Positions 18,914 to 33,455 of a stretch of 64,000 nt of DNA are shown here, in pieces. Made by a program: the position numbers and the translations under genes. The DNA comes from Spirochaetia bacterium (GTDB lineage Bacteria; Spirochaetota; Spirochaetia; UBA9216), in assembly GCA_963677925.2 (NCBI GenBank), contig CAXXYH010000004.1, positions 2,144,001 through 2,208,000 of the forward strand, given 5' to 3'. The notes below the pieces were generated by a model. That model made no database searches. It saw only the letters and a list, made by a program, of their open reading frames with translations, and had not been told where the DNA came from. Each line of letters begins with the position of its first letter. Position 1 is the stretch's first letter.

Positions 18914-19975
18914 ATGAATAAGGTTATTCTTAAAGCCGCAGATCTGGACGGGTATCTGACAGATTACGACAAAGAAAATCTGGCTAAGATGGAAGTCTAC
19001 TATAACGAAGCCATGGAACAGTTTGCTACCATCAGCTCTTCCAATTTTACTGACAAAAGTGAATCAAGTAAAAAAGAACTTATTTCCATCTATAACAAAA
19101 TGGGTGTGCTTATGCAGGAGATAACTAACGAGATTCCTGCAATCAAGGTGTATTCGTTTGAGACCCCAAGAGAAAATCATGGTGAGGCTTCCCGGCTGAT
19201 TGCAAAACTGCGGGATGTGAGAACTGAGCATCATGAGTTTCTTTACTATATCCAGCGGGCTTATGAAATGCTGTTTAATCTGGCATACGGCGGAGCAAGC
19301 TCCAAAAAAAATTACCTTATTACTAAAACTCCTGTAAATATGCCTGTTCAGAATTACGCTGTTCACAAGATTCCAGATGCTGATGAGCAGATCGAGAATT
19401 CAGTTATGTGTGTAATGCTTCGCGGAGCTCTTCTTCCCTCGATGATTATGAGTAAGGAAATACAGGAGTATTCCTCAGAAGGCTATGTCACCCCCTTTGC
19501 CTTATTCAAGATAAACAGGGATGATTCAAAGAAAGAATTAAACATGGAATACATTCTTGATCTTGAGAAATCATACTTTGATCTTGAAAGTCTTGATGGT
19601 AAGGATCTGATCTTTGCTGATCCAATGAATGCCACCGGCGGAAGTCTGGTTACAATAGTGAAATACCTTCTTGAGAACGGTGTGAAACCTAAATCCATAA
19701 AATTTTTCAATGTTATTTCTGCACTTAAAGGATCATTACGCATAGTCAGAGCTTTGGAAAATGTAACCGTTTATACTTTATGGATGGATCCAATCCTTAA
19801 TGAAAAAGCATACATAATGCCTGGTCTTGGAGATGCCGGAGACAGGCTTAATGGAAGCGATGCAGAAGAAGCTCCTCGAAACATTATTCAGCTAATTGCT
19901 GACTATGGAGTAAATATCTCCCAGCTTTACCGATCTCAGGTTCGAAAAATCGAAGAAACAGTCCTTGGAGGCTGA
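18914..19975 (+). CDS. upp: Uracil phosphoribosyltransferase with N-terminal extension
   Basis: VMLRGAL, PRPP-binding [28 protein letters not shown]. Confidence 0.88.
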   Translation: MNKVILKAADLDGYLTDYDKENLAKMEVYYNEAMEQFATISSSNFTDKSESSKKELISIYNKMGVLMQEITNEIPAIKVYSFETPRENHGEASRLIAKLRDVRTEHHEFLYYIQRAYEMLFNLAYGGASSKKNYLITKTPVNMPVQNYAVHKIPDADEQIENSVMCVMLRGALLPSMIMSKEIQEYSSEGYVTPFALFKINRDDSKKELNMEYILDLEKSYFDLESLDGKDLIFADPMNATGGSLVTIVKYLLENGVKPKSIKFFNVISALKGSLRIVRALENVTVYTLWMDPILNEKAYIMPGLGDAGDRLNGSDAEEAPRNIIQLIADYGVNISQLYRSQVRKIEETVLGG

Positions 19976-19981
19976 TGAGTA

Positions 19982-20947
19982 ATGTTTTCTCATCCGGCCG
20001 GTAAGGTAGGTATCTTATTTTTCAGTTCTCTTCTGATTGTTTTTACACTTTCCTGCGGGACTGTTGCCAATGTCTCTGTAGAGGAGACGGCGACAGCATG
20101 GTACAACCTGGGCAATGCCTATACCGAGCTGGGCCGGAATGAAGAAGCCGTTGAGGCCTTTGTTAGGGCAAGAGAACTGGATCCCTCACTTTTCAGCGCC
20201 GGATATAATCTTGCCCGGGTTTATATCTATCTTGAAAATTATGGTGACAGTGTCGATGAATTGCAGGGGCTTCTTGAGGTAGATCCTGAAAACCGGATCG
20301 CTAAGGAGACTCTTGCATGGGTCTATCATCTGCAGGGCGATGATGAAAGAGCACTTGGTGTGTATCTTGAACTTATAAGTAAGTCTCAATTCAGCAGAAA
20401 TTCTCTCTACAATGTTGCAGCTATCTATGATGCACAGGGCAAAAAGGAAAAGGCTGTTCAGTATTACGAGACATTGGTTGATAATTTCCCGGAAGAAACC
20501 ACTGTATACAGGAACCTTGCCATTCTATCCAATGAAGCTCTTGATTATGAAAAAGCCCTGCTTTGGTCCGCTAAATATACAGAATCGGCCGAAGATGAAT
20601 ACCAGTCCTGGGAATTAAACGGAGATATCCTGAAGAATCTAAGCAGGTACGATGATGCACTTGATTCCTTCTTAAAGGCAGAAGAGCTTGCTGATAAAAA
20701 CTCAGAGAAGGGAAGGGTCATATTCAAACAGGCAAGGATATATCTGACAATTATTGATGATTCAGAGAAGGGCCTGGAGCTTCTGGAGAAGGCTGTAGAA
20801 AATGAATGGAAAGACAGCGACGCTGCAGAAGCGCTTTTATCTGATAAAGAAATTCCCTGGTATGAGGATGCTGCTGAAATTTTAAAAACCGTGATTAGTC
20901 AAACGGAAACAACTGAAGTCAGTGAGGCTGCGGATGAAGAAGAATAA
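19982..20947 (+). CDS. TPR-repeat lipoprotein
   Basis: TLSC lipobox; TPRs such as AWYNLGNAY...EAVEAFVRARELDP. Confidence 0.8.
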   Translation: MFSHPAGKVGILFFSSLLIVFTLSCGTVANVSVEETATAWYNLGNAYTELGRNEEAVEAFVRARELDPSLFSAGYNLARVYIYLENYGDSVDELQGLLEVDPENRIAKETLAWVYHLQGDDERALGVYLELISKSQFSRNSLYNVAAIYDAQGKKEKAVQYYETLVDNFPEETTVYRNLAILSNEALDYEKALLWSAKYTESAEDEYQSWELNGDILKNLSRYDDALDSFLKAEELADKNSEKGRVIFKQARIYLTIIDDSEKGLELLEKAVENEWKDSDAAEALLSDKEIPWYEDAAEILKTVISQTETTEVSEAADEEE

Positions 20948-20955
20948 TTCCCTGC

Positions 20956-20981
20956 TTAGAGCTTCATATTAGAAGCTCTAA
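20956..20981. terminator. Hairpin between convergent genes
   Basis: TTAGAGCTTC-atatta-GAAGCTCTAA. Confidence 0.55.
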
Positions 20982-20982
20982 T

Positions 20983-21612
20983 TCAGGAATTAACAGTTTT
21001 CAATGTATCCTTTAAGACATTCTCAACGGTCTGTGTTCCGTCGATATCAAAAAGACGGTTTTTAGACTTATAATAATCTATAAGCGGTGCTGTCTGTTTT
21101 CGGTAGACATCAAGCCTGTTCTGGACGGCATCGGCTGCGTCATCGGGTCTGACATACAATTCCCCGCCGCATTTATCACAAATGCCGTCAGTCTTAGGTT
21201 TGATAGTTTTAATGTGATAACCTTCACCGCAGTTTTTACAGAGTCTTCTGCCGCTGAGCCTGTCAACGACTTCTTCGTCAGACACAATAAAATTAATTAC
21301 CTTATCAATAGTACTGAATTCTGCCAGAGAATCAGCCTGTCCGATTGTTCTTGGAAACCCATCCAGGATATAACCATTTGAAGCATCAGCTTCGGCAAGT
21401 CTCTCCTTGACAAGGGCGACTGTTAAATCGTCGGGAACCAGATTTCCGGCTTCAATGATAGCCTGAACCTTAACACCCAGTTCTGTTTTGTTTTTGATTG
21501 CTTTTCTGAAAAGATCTCCGGTTGAGATGTGGGGGATACCGAGGTTTCCGCATGCCCTCGACGCGATTGTCCCTTTTCCGGCACCCGGGGGGCCTAAAAA
21601 AATCAGTTTCAT
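20983..21612 (-). CDS. adk: Adenylate kinase (zinc-lid type)
   Basis: GPPGAGKGT, HISTGDLFR, ILDGFPRT, CKNC...CDKC lid. Confidence 0.97.
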   Translation of the reverse strand: MKLIFLGPPGAGKGTIASRACGNLGIPHISTGDLFRKAIKNKTELGVKVQAIIEAGNLVPDDLTVALVKERLAEADASNGYILDGFPRTIGQADSLAEFSTIDKVINFIVSDEEVVDRLSGRRLCKNCGEGYHIKTIKPKTDGICDKCGGELYVRPDDAADAVQNRLDVYRKQTAPLIDYYKSKNRLFDIDGTQTVENVLKDTLKTVNS

Positions 21613-21876
21613 TCATTCCTCCTTCATATCTGGAAGAATTATACCGTCTTTGGAGTAAATTGTTCTACACTCAACTGAACAATAATATTTCGTTTCATTC
21701 TCATTTTTGTCAGGTTTAAAGTATTTGCCGCAGTTTATGCATTTTGCATACTCATTTGTACATTCAGTTGAGCAATAGAGATTATTTATACTCTGACTTG
21801 CAGGTGTAATTCTTCCGCAGGTTTGGCACCTGATATATTTTATATCCGAATCATCCGATTCCATTCGTTTCTCCAT
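21613..21876 (-). CDS. Small Cys-rich putative zinc-binding protein
   Basis: Two CxxC...YCSxEC (TRASH/MYM-like) motifs; abuts adk. Confidence 0.6.
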   Translation of the reverse strand: MEKRMESDDSDIKYIRCQTCGRITPASQSINNLYCSTECTNEYAKCINCGKYFKPDKNENETKYYCSVECRTIYSKDGIILPDMKEE

Positions 21877-21970
21877 CAGTTTTATTATATTCGGTCAAAT
21901 TCCTGAATAAAAAGCTTGAATTACAAAAGCACGGGGTCTATTCTATATAGTATTACATGTGGAGGTAAAT

Positions 21971-22297
21971 ATGTCTATTTACGAAAAGCTTCAGGAAGGA
22001 TTAAGTGATGGCCTGGCTTATGGTATTGAAACATCAAAAAATCTCCTTTCCAAGGCTAAGGAGACAGCGGTTGAACTTGAAGAAGAAGGTCTGCTGCGTC
22101 TTGAATTAAGAAAGTTGAATGCAAGAAAGAAGGAATTAATCAGCGAACTTGGAATAAAGGCATATGAAGCCTTTGTCATAAATAACAGAAAGTCTCTCAC
22201 CTTATCTTCTTCAGGAGTCAACTCAATTCTTTCAGAGATAAATGAGCTTGAAAAAGCCATAGCCGAGAAAGAAGAAGACCTTAGAAAGTCAGAATAG
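21971..22297 (+). CDS. Hypothetical coiled-coil protein
   Basis: GGAGG RBS before ATG 21971; helical heptad pattern. Confidence 0.65.
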   Translation: MSIYEKLQEGLSDGLAYGIETSKNLLSKAKETAVELEEEGLLRLELRKLNARKKELISELGIKAYEAFVINNRKSLTLSSSGVNSILSEINELEKAIAEKEEDLRKSE

Positions 22298-22423
22298 CTA
22301 TTCACTTTATAAATTCAGTTCAACTCATCTCAATTTTTATCAATTCACCTGATATTTCTGGAAACTTGAGTAAATTAGTGTTAATAGTTTGTGTATTCTA
22401 TTTATAATTTTTAAGGAGAAAAT

Positions 22424-23554
22424 GTGAAAACAAAACTAATTCTACTTACAATCGTACTTACAATTGTCGCCATTTTTGCCGGATGCTCATTAATTGGGAT
22501 ATGGCCATCATCCGTAGATGTTTCTGATGTAAATACTGACGGTTTTCCTACTATTTCAGCAGGTCTTGAAATGAGAGGTCTGGATGATGGTTATTTTACA
22601 AAGCTTAGTGCTGATGATTTTCCGGAAGAAGTTACGGAATATGTTTATTATGGAACCAAAGATGATATAGGCGATTTAATTCAGTCTGTAACATTCCCGC
22701 TTGATGTAACTGTAAACATGACAGAAGAAACATCAAATGTTGATGTAGTTTTTGTATTTGATACAACAGGAAGTATGGGCGGTGAAATTTCTGGAATGGT
22801 TGAAAGTGCCAATGATTTTGCAGACCAACTTGATACCTCCGGTGTAGATTTCACTATAGGTTGTGTAACTTTTGGTGATACATATGGAAATACATTGGAT
22901 TCATATTACGAAAGACCATATCTGGCTCCCACAACTGAAGTTTCAGATTTTAAAGACTTTATGAATTCTCTTACTGCAACCGGCGGTGGTGATGGCGCTG
23001 AAAATTTTATTGATGCTATTGATTATGCCAGAACATCAACTTCGGGTGATAACCCGGAAGGCTCGTTTCAAACTCAGGCTGGTTTCACTTATCGTTCAGA
23101 TGCAAAAACAGTTTTTGTCGGTGTGACTGATATCTATTATCAGACTCCTGCATCACCAGGAAATGTTTCCTCATATTATGCGGATGGAGGTCCTTACAGC
23201 AGTGCTGTTTACAACACAATTGAAGATGAAATCGCCCATCTGCAGGATGATGCAATAGTTATGCACGTTGTAAGCCCCTCTTACTATCAGGACTATTATA
23301 CAGATCTGGCCTACCAGACAGGCGGTGTGTGGATAGATATGGATTCTGATTTTGAGGATGTTGTTGATTCAATTGGGACTACCATTAGTTCTAATTATAT
23401 TATCAGGTTTACAACTACTGATGAGACTCTGGGTACATACAGATCTATCTCTTTTTGGGTAGGTGGAGTTTACGTTACGATTGAATATGAAATTGATGCA
23501 TACGGTGCAAGATCAGCAAAAGTTATTTCAATACCGTCAAATTCAAATTATTAA
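22424..23554 (+). CDS. vWA-domain lipoprotein
   Basis: FAGC lipobox; MIDAS DVVFVFDTTGSM; GGGDGAE; VGVTD. Confidence 0.85.
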   Translation: MKTKLILLTIVLTIVAIFAGCSLIGIWPSSVDVSDVNTDGFPTISAGLEMRGLDDGYFTKLSADDFPEEVTEYVYYGTKDDIGDLIQSVTFPLDVTVNMTEETSNVDVVFVFDTTGSMGGEISGMVESANDFADQLDTSGVDFTIGCVTFGDTYGNTLDSYYERPYLAPTTEVSDFKDFMNSLTATGGGDGAENFIDAIDYARTSTSGDNPEGSFQTQAGFTYRSDAKTVFVGVTDIYYQTPASPGNVSSYYADGGPYSSAVYNTIEDEIAHLQDDAIVMHVVSPSYYQDYYTDLAYQTGGVWIDMDSDFEDVVDSIGTTISSNYIIRFTTTDETLGTYRSISFWVGGVYVTIEYEIDAYGARSAKVISIPSNSNY

Positions 23555-23603
23555 TTAAAACCTTTACAAGCACCATTTAAATTCCTAAAATTATAAATGG
23601 TGC

Positions 23604-23758
23604 TTGACATTTTTTCAGCAAATCTGTATAACTACGAAACCTTCTGAAACAGCAAGTCAAACGGCTCTTCAGGACCAACGATAAGTCAAGTAAGTTCTTA
23701 AAATACTTAAAATTATTTTAACGAACCGGTTGACACAAATCGCTGGGTTTGGTAAAAC
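23604..23758 (+). promoter_or_regulatory. Tandem rrn promoters P1/P2
   Basis: TTGACA(23604)-17-TATAAC and TTGACA(23730)-17-TAAAAC. Confidence 0.6.
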
Positions 23759-23812
23759 TACGGCACGCTTAAAACACAGTGTGTGAGTAGCGAAAAAGAC
23801 TCTGATGAGTCT

Positions 23813-23824
23813 TGTTCTTTAACA
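23813..23824 (+). promoter_or_regulatory. rrn antitermination boxA
   Basis: TGTTCTTTAACA (E. coli boxA is TGCTCTTTAACA); identity with the second operon starts here. Confidence 0.75.
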
Positions 23825-23951
23825 GTTAATTAGGGAAGGAAAGAGAGCCTGTGTTAATAGGTTTGATACTGAGCTACTTGAAAGATAGTAGATAGTGCGA
23901 ACCGTCAATTGTTAGGATTAAAATTGCTAAGCTTTATGTTTAGCAAATTAT

Positions 23952-25489
<1,538 letters not shown>

Positions 25490-25761
25490 CAATGTGAAAG
25501 GAACGTGACTAAGTCTGAAAACTTCGGTTTAAAACTTAGCTTAGAGTTTGTTTACAAACTTTAACGCTTTAATAGTCATGGAAAAACAGCCTGTTAGGCA
25601 AAAAACAACGCAGTGAAGTTCAGTTTACTGAACTTCCGAGATGCAGCTTGCTGCATCTCCGCTCTCTTTCTTCCTTTTTTATATTAAGTGAAGGTCAACT
25701 GGTTTTACTCGCTTGGAGATTTACCATGTAAAGCTCTGGAGGAAATCTTTGATTTTCTTTC

Positions 25762-25835
25762 GGGGGTATAGCTCAGCTGGCTAGAGCGGTGGCTTTGCAA
25801 GCCATAGGTCTGGGGTTCGAATCCCCATACCTCCA
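25762..25835 (+). tRNA. tRNA-Ala(TGC)
   Basis: GGGGGTA...TACCTCC-A; anticodon arm GTGGC-TTTGCAA-GCCAT. Confidence 0.96.
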
Positions 25836-26072
25836 ATAGATATTTAACCGGTAACGGTTTGATATATTAAAGTCCTTTTTGTAGGGCTTTAAGACATAGT
25901 CTCCATAGAGAGATTTAAGTTTGGCATTGTCAAACTTAAGAGAATACGGAATTAAGAATTCAGTATTCTCCGTTCTTTAAAATAGATAAAGACTGTTGAA
26001 AGATTACAGTTTTGAAAACTTATCCATATAACAGGGAGTGGATAAGTATAGGGAAGGGTTAAGAGGTAATAT

Positions 26073-29060
<2,988 letters not shown>

Positions 29061-29203
29061 TATTTCCCCTTAATCAATTCCCGGAGAATTGAGCCAATAG
29101 GCTGCATGGACTAAGAAGTCCTGTGAATAGCAACCTATCGTGCCCAAACTCAATCCCTGTTCATTCTGCAATAGCAGGATGTAAGAATAATTTTGAATAA
29201 TTA

Positions 29204-29313
<110 letters not shown>

Positions 29314-29900
29314 TTTTTTTTATTAATTTAGACCAACGGTCTAAATTAATAAAATATGAGACCTAAGAAGAGCTTGAAGTTTGGTAATACCAAACTTCAG
29401 AGAAAGTTCTGAATATTAAGCGGTTATATAAACCAATAGAAGTCTGGAAGATAACCAGAGATAAATGGCAGCAAAGCCACTTTCTCCGGTCATATGCCAG
29501 GCTTTTTTTTATTAATTTCAAAAAGCAGTATTACAATTCTTAACTTTTAAAATAATCACTCCCGCTAACGCGTGAACTGATGTAACTTTTTTCACGTAAA
29601 ATCTATCTAAACTAATAATTTGCGGGACTACGTTAGGCCCCATAGGCTCACCCTGAAAGTAGCACAGCAGGCTTAGCCTGATGTATAGTAGGTCATTGCC
29701 AGGCTTTTTTTTATTTTCACAGAACTTCTGTTCTGCGAATATAAAATATTAGTCTAAGATGTGGTAAGAAGTTTAGCTTGCTAAACTTCAGAGAAAGTTC
29801 TGAATATTAAGCGGTTATATAAACCAATAGAAGTCTGGAAGATAACCAGAGATAAATGGCAGTAAAGCCACTTTCTCCGGTCATATGCCAGGTTTTTTTT
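29314..29900 (+). repeat. Structured repeat array after 5S (units A-B-A)
   Basis: GGTCAT(A/T)-TGCCAGG + T-tract recurs ending at 29313, 29502, 29704, ~29892 (spacing 189, 202, ~189). Confidence 0.85.
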
Positions 29901-30046
29901 ATTAATTTCAAAATATAGTTAATTTATAGGAAAACAATAACCTCAGATAACATGAACTCTGATTATTTACATTTTATACATTTGTTGACAGTTTAATATT
30001 TACTAAACATAATGAAACAGTAGATTTAAAATTTCTGGAGGATTTA

Positions 30047-31051
30047 TTGGCTAAGCTTAAAGATGTCGCTAAACTGGCCGGTGTATCTGTTGCAACTGTT
30101 TCACAGGCTCTCAACGGAAAATACGTAAACGAGAAAACTAGAGAAAATATTTTAAGAATAGCTTCTGAATTGAAATACTATCCCAATAAAAGCGGGAGAA
30201 CACTGATAACCGGTAAAGCTTCTGCAATCACTCTGGTTATTATTAACTCAACAAAACATGCAGACATTGTTCATGAGAGCACATTCTTTTACCATATAAT
30301 CCAGGGTATTATACAGATAGCAGAAAAAAATCACCATAGTTTTATATTAGATGTTCGTAATTGGGAAGATGATGATCTTATCGCTTATTTTACTCGAAAA
30401 GTCAATGATCGTTCTTCGGACGGATTAATAATAATACCTCAATTCATACATCCATATATATTCATTGAAGCTTTGCAGGATTTTCCGGTTGTTTTTTTAA
30501 ATGCGTCCGATAGAAGAGAAAAGCTAAATACTGTTTATATGGATAACGAGATGGGAGCAGCTCTTATGGCCAGGCATATAATTGCAAAGGGATACAGGAA
30601 TGTAGGTGTAATTCATGGTCCTGAAGATCATTACGACGGTTATCTGAGGAAACAGGCTTTTTTGAAAATTATGAATGACTACGGATTTGGGATAACTGAA
30701 AAATATCAGGTTTATGGAGATTATACTATCGAGAGCGGCTATCTCGGGGCTAAAGTTCTTTTTCAGCAGTGCAAACCTGATGCTATTTTTTGTGCGAATG
30801 ATTATATGGCTGCCGGAGCTATGAGGTATATCAAGGAAAAGGGCCTGCGGATTCCTGAGGATGTTGCTGTAAGCGGTTATGATAATGTGGAGCTTTCCCA
30901 GGCAGTCTATCCCATGCTGACGACCGTCGATGGTGGTATGTTTAAGTTAGGCCGGGCTCTGGCGGAAAATCTCTTTAAGGTTATGAAGACCGGAGGGCAT
31001 AATCTGAATATCCGTCTTCTACCTGAACTGGTAGAAAGAGGAACTGCATAA
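30047..31051 (+). CDS. LacI-family transcriptional regulator
   Basis: LKDVAKLAGVSVATVSQALN; AIFCANDYMA; IPEDVAVSGYD. Confidence 0.95.
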   Translation: MAKLKDVAKLAGVSVATVSQALNGKYVNEKTRENILRIASELKYYPNKSGRTLITGKASAITLVIINSTKHADIVHESTFFYHIIQGIIQIAEKNHHSFILDVRNWEDDDLIAYFTRKVNDRSSDGLIIIPQFIHPYIFIEALQDFPVVFLNASDRREKLNTVYMDNEMGAALMARHIIAKGYRNVGVIHGPEDHYDGYLRKQAFLKIMNDYGFGITEKYQVYGDYTIESGYLGAKVLFQQCKPDAIFCANDYMAAGAMRYIKEKGLRIPEDVAVSGYDNVELSQAVYPMLTTVDGGMFKLGRALAENLFKVMKTGGHNLNIRLLPELVERGTA

Positions 31052-31103
31052 TAACTAAAATGATAAAGAAAAATAAAATATGACAACATAAGAGAAGTTT
31101 TAC

Positions 31104-31164
31104 TTGACACTTGTTATCAATATGATAAAATATTAAAACGTTTTAGATTAACTGAAACGTTTTA
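31104..31164 (+). promoter_or_regulatory. Promoter with two LacI-type operators
   Basis: TTGACA (31104), TG-n-TAAAAT; TAAAACGTTTTA (31134-45) and TGAAACGTTTTA (31153-64). Confidence 0.7.
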
Positions 31165-31186
31165 AATTTGTTTTTGGAGGAAAAGT

Positions 31187-32062
31187 ATGAAAGTAGGCAT
31201 AGACAGTTACTGTTATCACCGTCTTTTTGGAGAGGTATATGATGATCAGAAAGCCCCGACAAAAAATATTGATATGGAATGGTTTGTTAAAAGGGCTTCA
31301 GAACTAGGTGTAGATGGAGTGTCTCTGGAATCGTGTTTTTTCCCAAGTTTCAGTTCAGGATATTTAAGTGAGGTTAAAGGACTGCTTGATGAATATAAAT
31401 TTGAGCGTGTATATGCATGGGGTCATCCTGATGGCCTGGAGGGCGGATACAATGAAGCTGCATTTGACGATATGATGAAGCATATGGAATATGCTGAAGC
31501 GATAGGTGCAGATGTTATGCGTGTCTGCGGTGCAAGTCTGATGTTTCGGTTTCGTGATCATGAGTGGATGCTTGATACATTGACGAGGATGTTTCAGAAT
31601 GCAATGCCGACAGCAGAGAGAAAGGGAATAAAAATAGCCGATGAAAATCATATCGACTTTACTTCCGAAGAAATGCTAAGGCTCATTCATCAGATTAACA
31701 GTCCCAATTTCGGTATTAACTTTGATACTGGTAATTTTATGCGGGTACTGGATGATCCTATTGAAGGAATGAAGAAACTTGCACCATATACATTTTCAAC
31801 GCATGTTAAGGATCTGAAACCTCAGGCAAACTGCGGGGTAGGAAGCTGGCATTTCTTTGCCTGCACACCCACAGGGCAGGGGCTTGTTGATAATCTTAAA
31901 CTTGCACAAATTCTAAAAGATGCAGATTATAAAGGTTTTCTCGCAATGGAAATTGATTACCTTCATGAAGACTACAGAAATGACTGGAGTGATGATGATG
32001 AAGATAAGGCTGTAGAAGCAAGTGTTATAGAACTAAAAAGAATTGCAGGAATCGTCGGCTAG
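31187..32062 (+). CDS. Sugar-phosphate isomerase/epimerase, IolE / AP-endonuclease-2 TIM barrel
   Basis: ENH, FDTGN, THVKD, LAMEI metal motifs. Confidence 0.85.
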   Translation: MKVGIDSYCYHRLFGEVYDDQKAPTKNIDMEWFVKRASELGVDGVSLESCFFPSFSSGYLSEVKGLLDEYKFERVYAWGHPDGLEGGYNEAAFDDMMKHMEYAEAIGADVMRVCGASLMFRFRDHEWMLDTLTRMFQNAMPTAERKGIKIADENHIDFTSEEMLRLIHQINSPNFGINFDTGNFMRVLDDPIEGMKKLAPYTFSTHVKDLKPQANCGVGSWHFFACTPTGQGLVDNLKLAQILKDADYKGFLAMEIDYLHEDYRNDWSDDDEDKAVEASVIELKRIAGIVG

Positions 32063-32071
32063 GAGGCAGAA

Positions 32072-33229
32072 ATGAAATCCATGAACATTGGGCTTATAGG
32101 TTACAAATTTATGGGTAAAGCTCACAGTAATGCCTGGAGAAATTCACCCTTATTTTTCGATATGGAACTTAAGCCGGCAATGAAGGTTGTCTGCGGCCGC
32201 CATGAAGAAGCTGTCAAAGAATTTGCAGAGCACTGGGGCTGGGAAGAAACTGAAACAGATTGGAAAAAGGTCGTTGCACGGGAAGATATTGATATAATTG
32301 ATATTGCCGTTCCTCAGCACCTGCATTATGAAATTGCCATTACAGCGCTTAAAGCCGGTAAACATGTTTTTTGTGAGAAGCCGCTTGCTATGAATTTAGA
32401 GCAGGCCAGAGAAATGGCTGATCTTGCTGCAAAAAGCGGTAAAGTAAATTATGTTAACCATAATTACAGACGCTGCCCGGCAATACAGCTTGCAAAGCAG
32501 ATGATCGATGAGGGAAAAATAGGACGTATCTTTCACTGGAGGGGAGCATATCTGCAGGACTGGATTGTGGATCCCGATTTTCCGCTTACATGGCATCTGC
32601 AGGCTGAGCGTGCAGGAATGGGGCCTCAAGGTGATTTAAACTCTCACAGCCTCGATCTGGCCAGGTTTCTGGTTGGTGATGTTGAAAGTGTCAACTGCAT
32701 GACCGCTAATTTTATCACAGAGAGAGCTTTACCGGATGAAGCTGCCTCAGGTACATTCAGCGGGGCTGCAGGAGAAAGTGGAAAGAAAGGAAAAGTCACA
32801 GTAGAAGATGCTGCATTTATGACGGTTCGTTTTAAAAATGGTGCTCTCGGTTCATTTGAGACTACAAGATTTGCCCCCGGGCGGAAAAACTATAATTATT
32901 TTGAAATATATGGAAGCAAGGGCTCTCTTGTTTTTAATCTGGAAAGAATGAACGAGCTTCAGTATTTTAACCGTGAAGATCCGGATTATCAGCAGGGATT
33001 CAAAACCATACTCGTAACTGAAAGTGTTCATAAATATATTCCGGCATGGTGGCCGCCAGGACATATAATTGGATATGAACATGAATTTCACCATGCTGTT
33101 GTCGATTTTATGTCGGCGATAAATACCGGCAGTGAAATTCGTCCAAATTTTCATGACGGAATGAAAGAACTTGAGATACTGGAAGCCGGATTGAGATCTG
33201 CTAAAGAGGGGCGAGAGATTCAACTCTGA
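32072..33229 (+). CDS. Gfo/Idh/MocA oxidoreductase
   Basis: GLIGYKFMGKAH, KHVFCEKPLA, GDLNSH, WWPPGHIIGYEH. Confidence 0.92.
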   Translation: MKSMNIGLIGYKFMGKAHSNAWRNSPLFFDMELKPAMKVVCGRHEEAVKEFAEHWGWEETETDWKKVVAREDIDIIDIAVPQHLHYEIAITALKAGKHVFCEKPLAMNLEQAREMADLAAKSGKVNYVNHNYRRCPAIQLAKQMIDEGKIGRIFHWRGAYLQDWIVDPDFPLTWHLQAERAGMGPQGDLNSHSLDLARFLVGDVESVNCMTANFITERALPDEAASGTFSGAAGESGKKGKVTVEDAAFMTVRFKNGALGSFETTRFAPGRKNYNYFEIYGSKGSLVFNLERMNELQYFNREDPDYQQGFKTILVTESVHKYIPAWWPPGHIIGYEHEFHHAVVDFMSAINTGSEIRPNFHDGMKELEILEAGLRSAKEGREIQL

Positions 33230-33455
33230 CTGAATACACTGTATTGCGGTATGAAATTGCTGATATGTCTTAGACTTTTTTTATACCGCGATATTGCTGT
33301 AGTTATGATGAGAGTTACAGTAACTTTTGCCTGATTATTTTACATCTCTTCTGTTTTTAACATAAATAGATAGAAATTTTATTTAATGTGGATTTAACGG
33401 GAGAGCTGTGTCCGGAAGAAAAGCGAGTAGATGCTTAAAGCTAAAGGAAGGTATT

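Noticed and set aside
23791-23813. Hammerhead-like CGAAA...CTGATGAG in the rrn leader
   Set aside because: CTGATGA lies in a simple hairpin (AAGACTC-tgat-GAGTCTT) with no room for hammerhead stems
29441-29503. Additional functional 5S rRNA genes
   Set aside because: Only ~62 nt and lacking CCGAAC loop C and helices IV/V
29314-29900. CRISPR array interpretation of the post-5S repeats
   Set aside because: Spacers are ~160-175 bp, mutually homologous and structured; the repeat is the 5S 3' end; no cas genes in the window
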